Assembly (NCBI GenBank): GCA_032718475.1
Contig: JAUCBJ010008230.1
Coordinates: 62,001-126,000, forward strand
Direction of reading: 5' to 3'
Length of the DNA: 64,000 bases
Source of the DNA: Nemertoderma westbladi
Taxonomy: Eukaryota > Animalia > Xenacoelomorpha
How positions within the stretch are numbered: the first letter of the stretch is position 1; every line of letters starts with the position of its first letter. The notes beneath the pieces were generated by a model. The model did not search any database, was not told where the DNA came from, and saw only the letters and a list, made by a program, of their open reading frames with translations. The translations under genes were made by a program, and so were the position numbers. Of the stretch, positions 61,675 through 64,000 are shown piece by piece.

Positions 61675-63873
61675 ATGAGTGACAAACAAGACTATACGAA
61701 GAATACACCTACCGACTATGACTCATGTGACGCGGATAAGTCAGTAGCGGAAGAACCACAGGGGAAGACTCGTGAGCCTACCGAACCTACACCGTGTGCG
61801 TCACCAGTACATCCAATGGGAGTACCGGATGCCGTAGTACGAGGCGACGGCAGGACTGAGGATTTTCTAACGGTCCCGCAACCTAGACACAGGGAAACGG
61901 ACATGGTAAGTTCAGTAGGAAGCCAATAGAGCGTAGTTAGAAGCGTCGGAGAATACATGGCACATATTACCAGGAGTATTGGAGAAGGCCAACGCATATT
62001 AGACGAGTTGACCGCTCCGATGTCTCGGTTCAAGTTTTATACCCTACAGGTTAGAGTACAAAGTAAAGTACATAAGTCCGTAGATACCCTAATCAGTCTA
62101 CAAGATCTAGCCAGACAAAGACAGGATGTGGACACTCAATTTAGAATCCTCGAGAAATTAATGATCGCCAGGGAGAAACTAATTCAGTTTAAGTTGACCG
62201 TTAGACAGATACAACAAGAGCAAGCGAATCAGTTGCTAGGTGAGTCAGTTTCCGACGAACTATTACAACCCAAGGAAGAACAAGAACAGTACAGACTGGA
62301 TGGACAATTGAAATACCTGACGGATCACTTACGGTTGTGCGGCGAAGACGTCGGCGATTTGGAAACCGTGCCGGAAACTACGAGGGAAACTTCACCCGTA
62401 CAAATCGAACTGGCACCGGGAATATTGGATCAATCACTGGTGAGTATTCGCAGCGAAATTGGCGAGGTGAGTATGGTAACGTCAGAAATTTCTCGACAGC
62501 AACAACAGTTCGACAGACAACAACGAGACATGGAGGAACAAACTCAACTGCTAATGATACAAGCAGCAGTAGAGGAAGAGAAACTACGTGTTGCGAATGT
62601 TGCAAGAATCTCTCATCTGCAAGAACAAGCTGAGTTGGAAGCAGCCGAAATGGAAAGGTTAGAGTTGGACATTGCACAACAAGCGGCAGCGGCCGAGTTA
62701 GCGCAACGAACAGCAGCGGCCGAGTTAGAGTGACAAGCGGCAGCGGCAGCAGCAGCGTCCGAGTTAGAGCGACAAAGGTTAGCTTCAGAAGCAAGAACCG
62801 AAATGAAAAAACGGCAAATAAAGGCTCAAACAGCTATACGATTAGCGGAGCTCGAGGCGCAACAACAACAGACGGAACAATGAGAGAAGGAAGCTAAACT
62901 TCATTTCGAACTCGAAAGGAAGGCGAGAGAATTAGCCAACGCCAAAGAGGATTTAGATCTCAAAGCCCGCGATCGATCAATGAGATCTCGAGACGGACAC
63001 GATCTAGACTGGATAGAGGTAAGGCATCGTTAAATTCAGGAACGAATGAAGGAAGGAAGTGTAGGAGCACCTGAACGAGAATGAGAATTGGTTAAGGACT
63101 TATGTCAACGATTTCCTCAAGTAACTCCAATGTTTGCACCAATTACGACCAAAGAACCTGTTTCGATTGCGGGTAGTAGTAATATTTCTCCTATCCATGG
63201 TGCGACGGAGCACAGGTTTGTTATTCCGGACAAGTTTATACCGCCAAGAGCAACGTCATCGCCTATTCCAAAAGTCAAGGTAAGTAACCCGCCGATTACC
63301 GATTGTAGTAGTTTATTGGCAGGGACTGCATTACTGACAACTAAACAGGTGAGTCAACCTTCGACACCCCAACCTGTTACGCACAACGTAGATCCGATCG
63401 CATTTAGATCTAAGAGGACTTTGGATTCGAACGCCATTACGCGACCACAGATTCAGTTTACATCGCAATCTACAACTTTGAGGAAGACTTGCGAGCCTAC
63501 CAAACAACGGAAACTAGTGGGTGATGTTTCCAAACGGAATGTTAGAATTCGGACAACACAACGGACGCGAGCACGTCGGCCACCGTATCCAGGTGATAGT
63601 AGTACTTCAAGCAAATCGGATTACCCGGAACGCGAAGTGTTTAGAACAGGAGCGGCCGATGAATGCAAATGCGAGCGTTCAGATAATTCCTTTATGAATA
63701 ATCCTCCACAAAATACACCAACACAGAAAGCGTTACAACCAACGGACGCAATTAGTACGCAACAATTCGCCGACCTAATGCAACCAGTTGTCAACAAGTT
63801 GGCCCAGATTGAGGAACGCCTAGAGGAAGTTCAAACCGATAGTTAGAGAAATACCGAATTCGAACACAATAGA
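61675..63873 (+). pseudogene. gag: B2 gag N-terminal region with multiple stops and a frameshift
   Basis: ORFs 61675..61929, 61957..62733 and 63088..63846 match the B1 ORFs 7538..8719 and 8816..10009. Confidence 0.85.
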
Positions 63874-64000
63874 AACTTTGAGGAAGACTTGCGAGCCTAC
63901 CAAACAACGGAAACTAGTGGGTGATGTTTCCAAACGGAATGTTAGAATTCGGACAACACAACGGACGCGAGCACGTCGGCCACCGTATCCAGGTGATAGT

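Larger units (their letters stand above)
60338..64000 (+). mobile_element. BEL/Pao copy B2 (5' part, runs off right edge), degenerate
   Basis: Colinear with B1 4843-~5420 and ~6800-9790; same Gag N-terminus MSDKQDYTKNTPT. Confidence 0.92.

Overview
This is eukaryotic repeat-only DNA, probably metazoan because BEL/Pao elements are animal-restricted. No host gene is recognisable. The backbone is a ~415-bp AT-rich tandem satellite (3621-4842, 16287-22693, 24284-35031, 47744-60337) with higher-order structure. It is interrupted by six things: (A) the 3' end of an LTR element with a ~2.1-kb TGTTA...TAACA LTR (1-3620); (B1, B2) two diverged copies of a BEL/Pao retrotransposon (4843-~16161 and 60338-edge) that start with TATA rather than TG and carry a conserved tRNA-derived Pol III unit in the putative U3; a short TTAA-ended DNA-transposon terminus (16162-16286); a 1.59-kb foldback piggyBac-like element in TTAA (22694-24283); and (C) a minus-strand BEL/Pao element with both LTRs and a GGAGT target duplication (35032-47743). 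Element C has lost its integrase core. In the env position it carries a decayed ~790-codon extra ORF with a DEDDy-type (WRN/EXD/Mut-7/RNase D-like) 3'-5' exonuclease and three CCHC knuckles, preceded by an array of ~18 small hairpins. The exonuclease cargo and the Pol III unit in the LTR are the best candidates for new biology. All calls come from reading motifs by eye; no searches were run.
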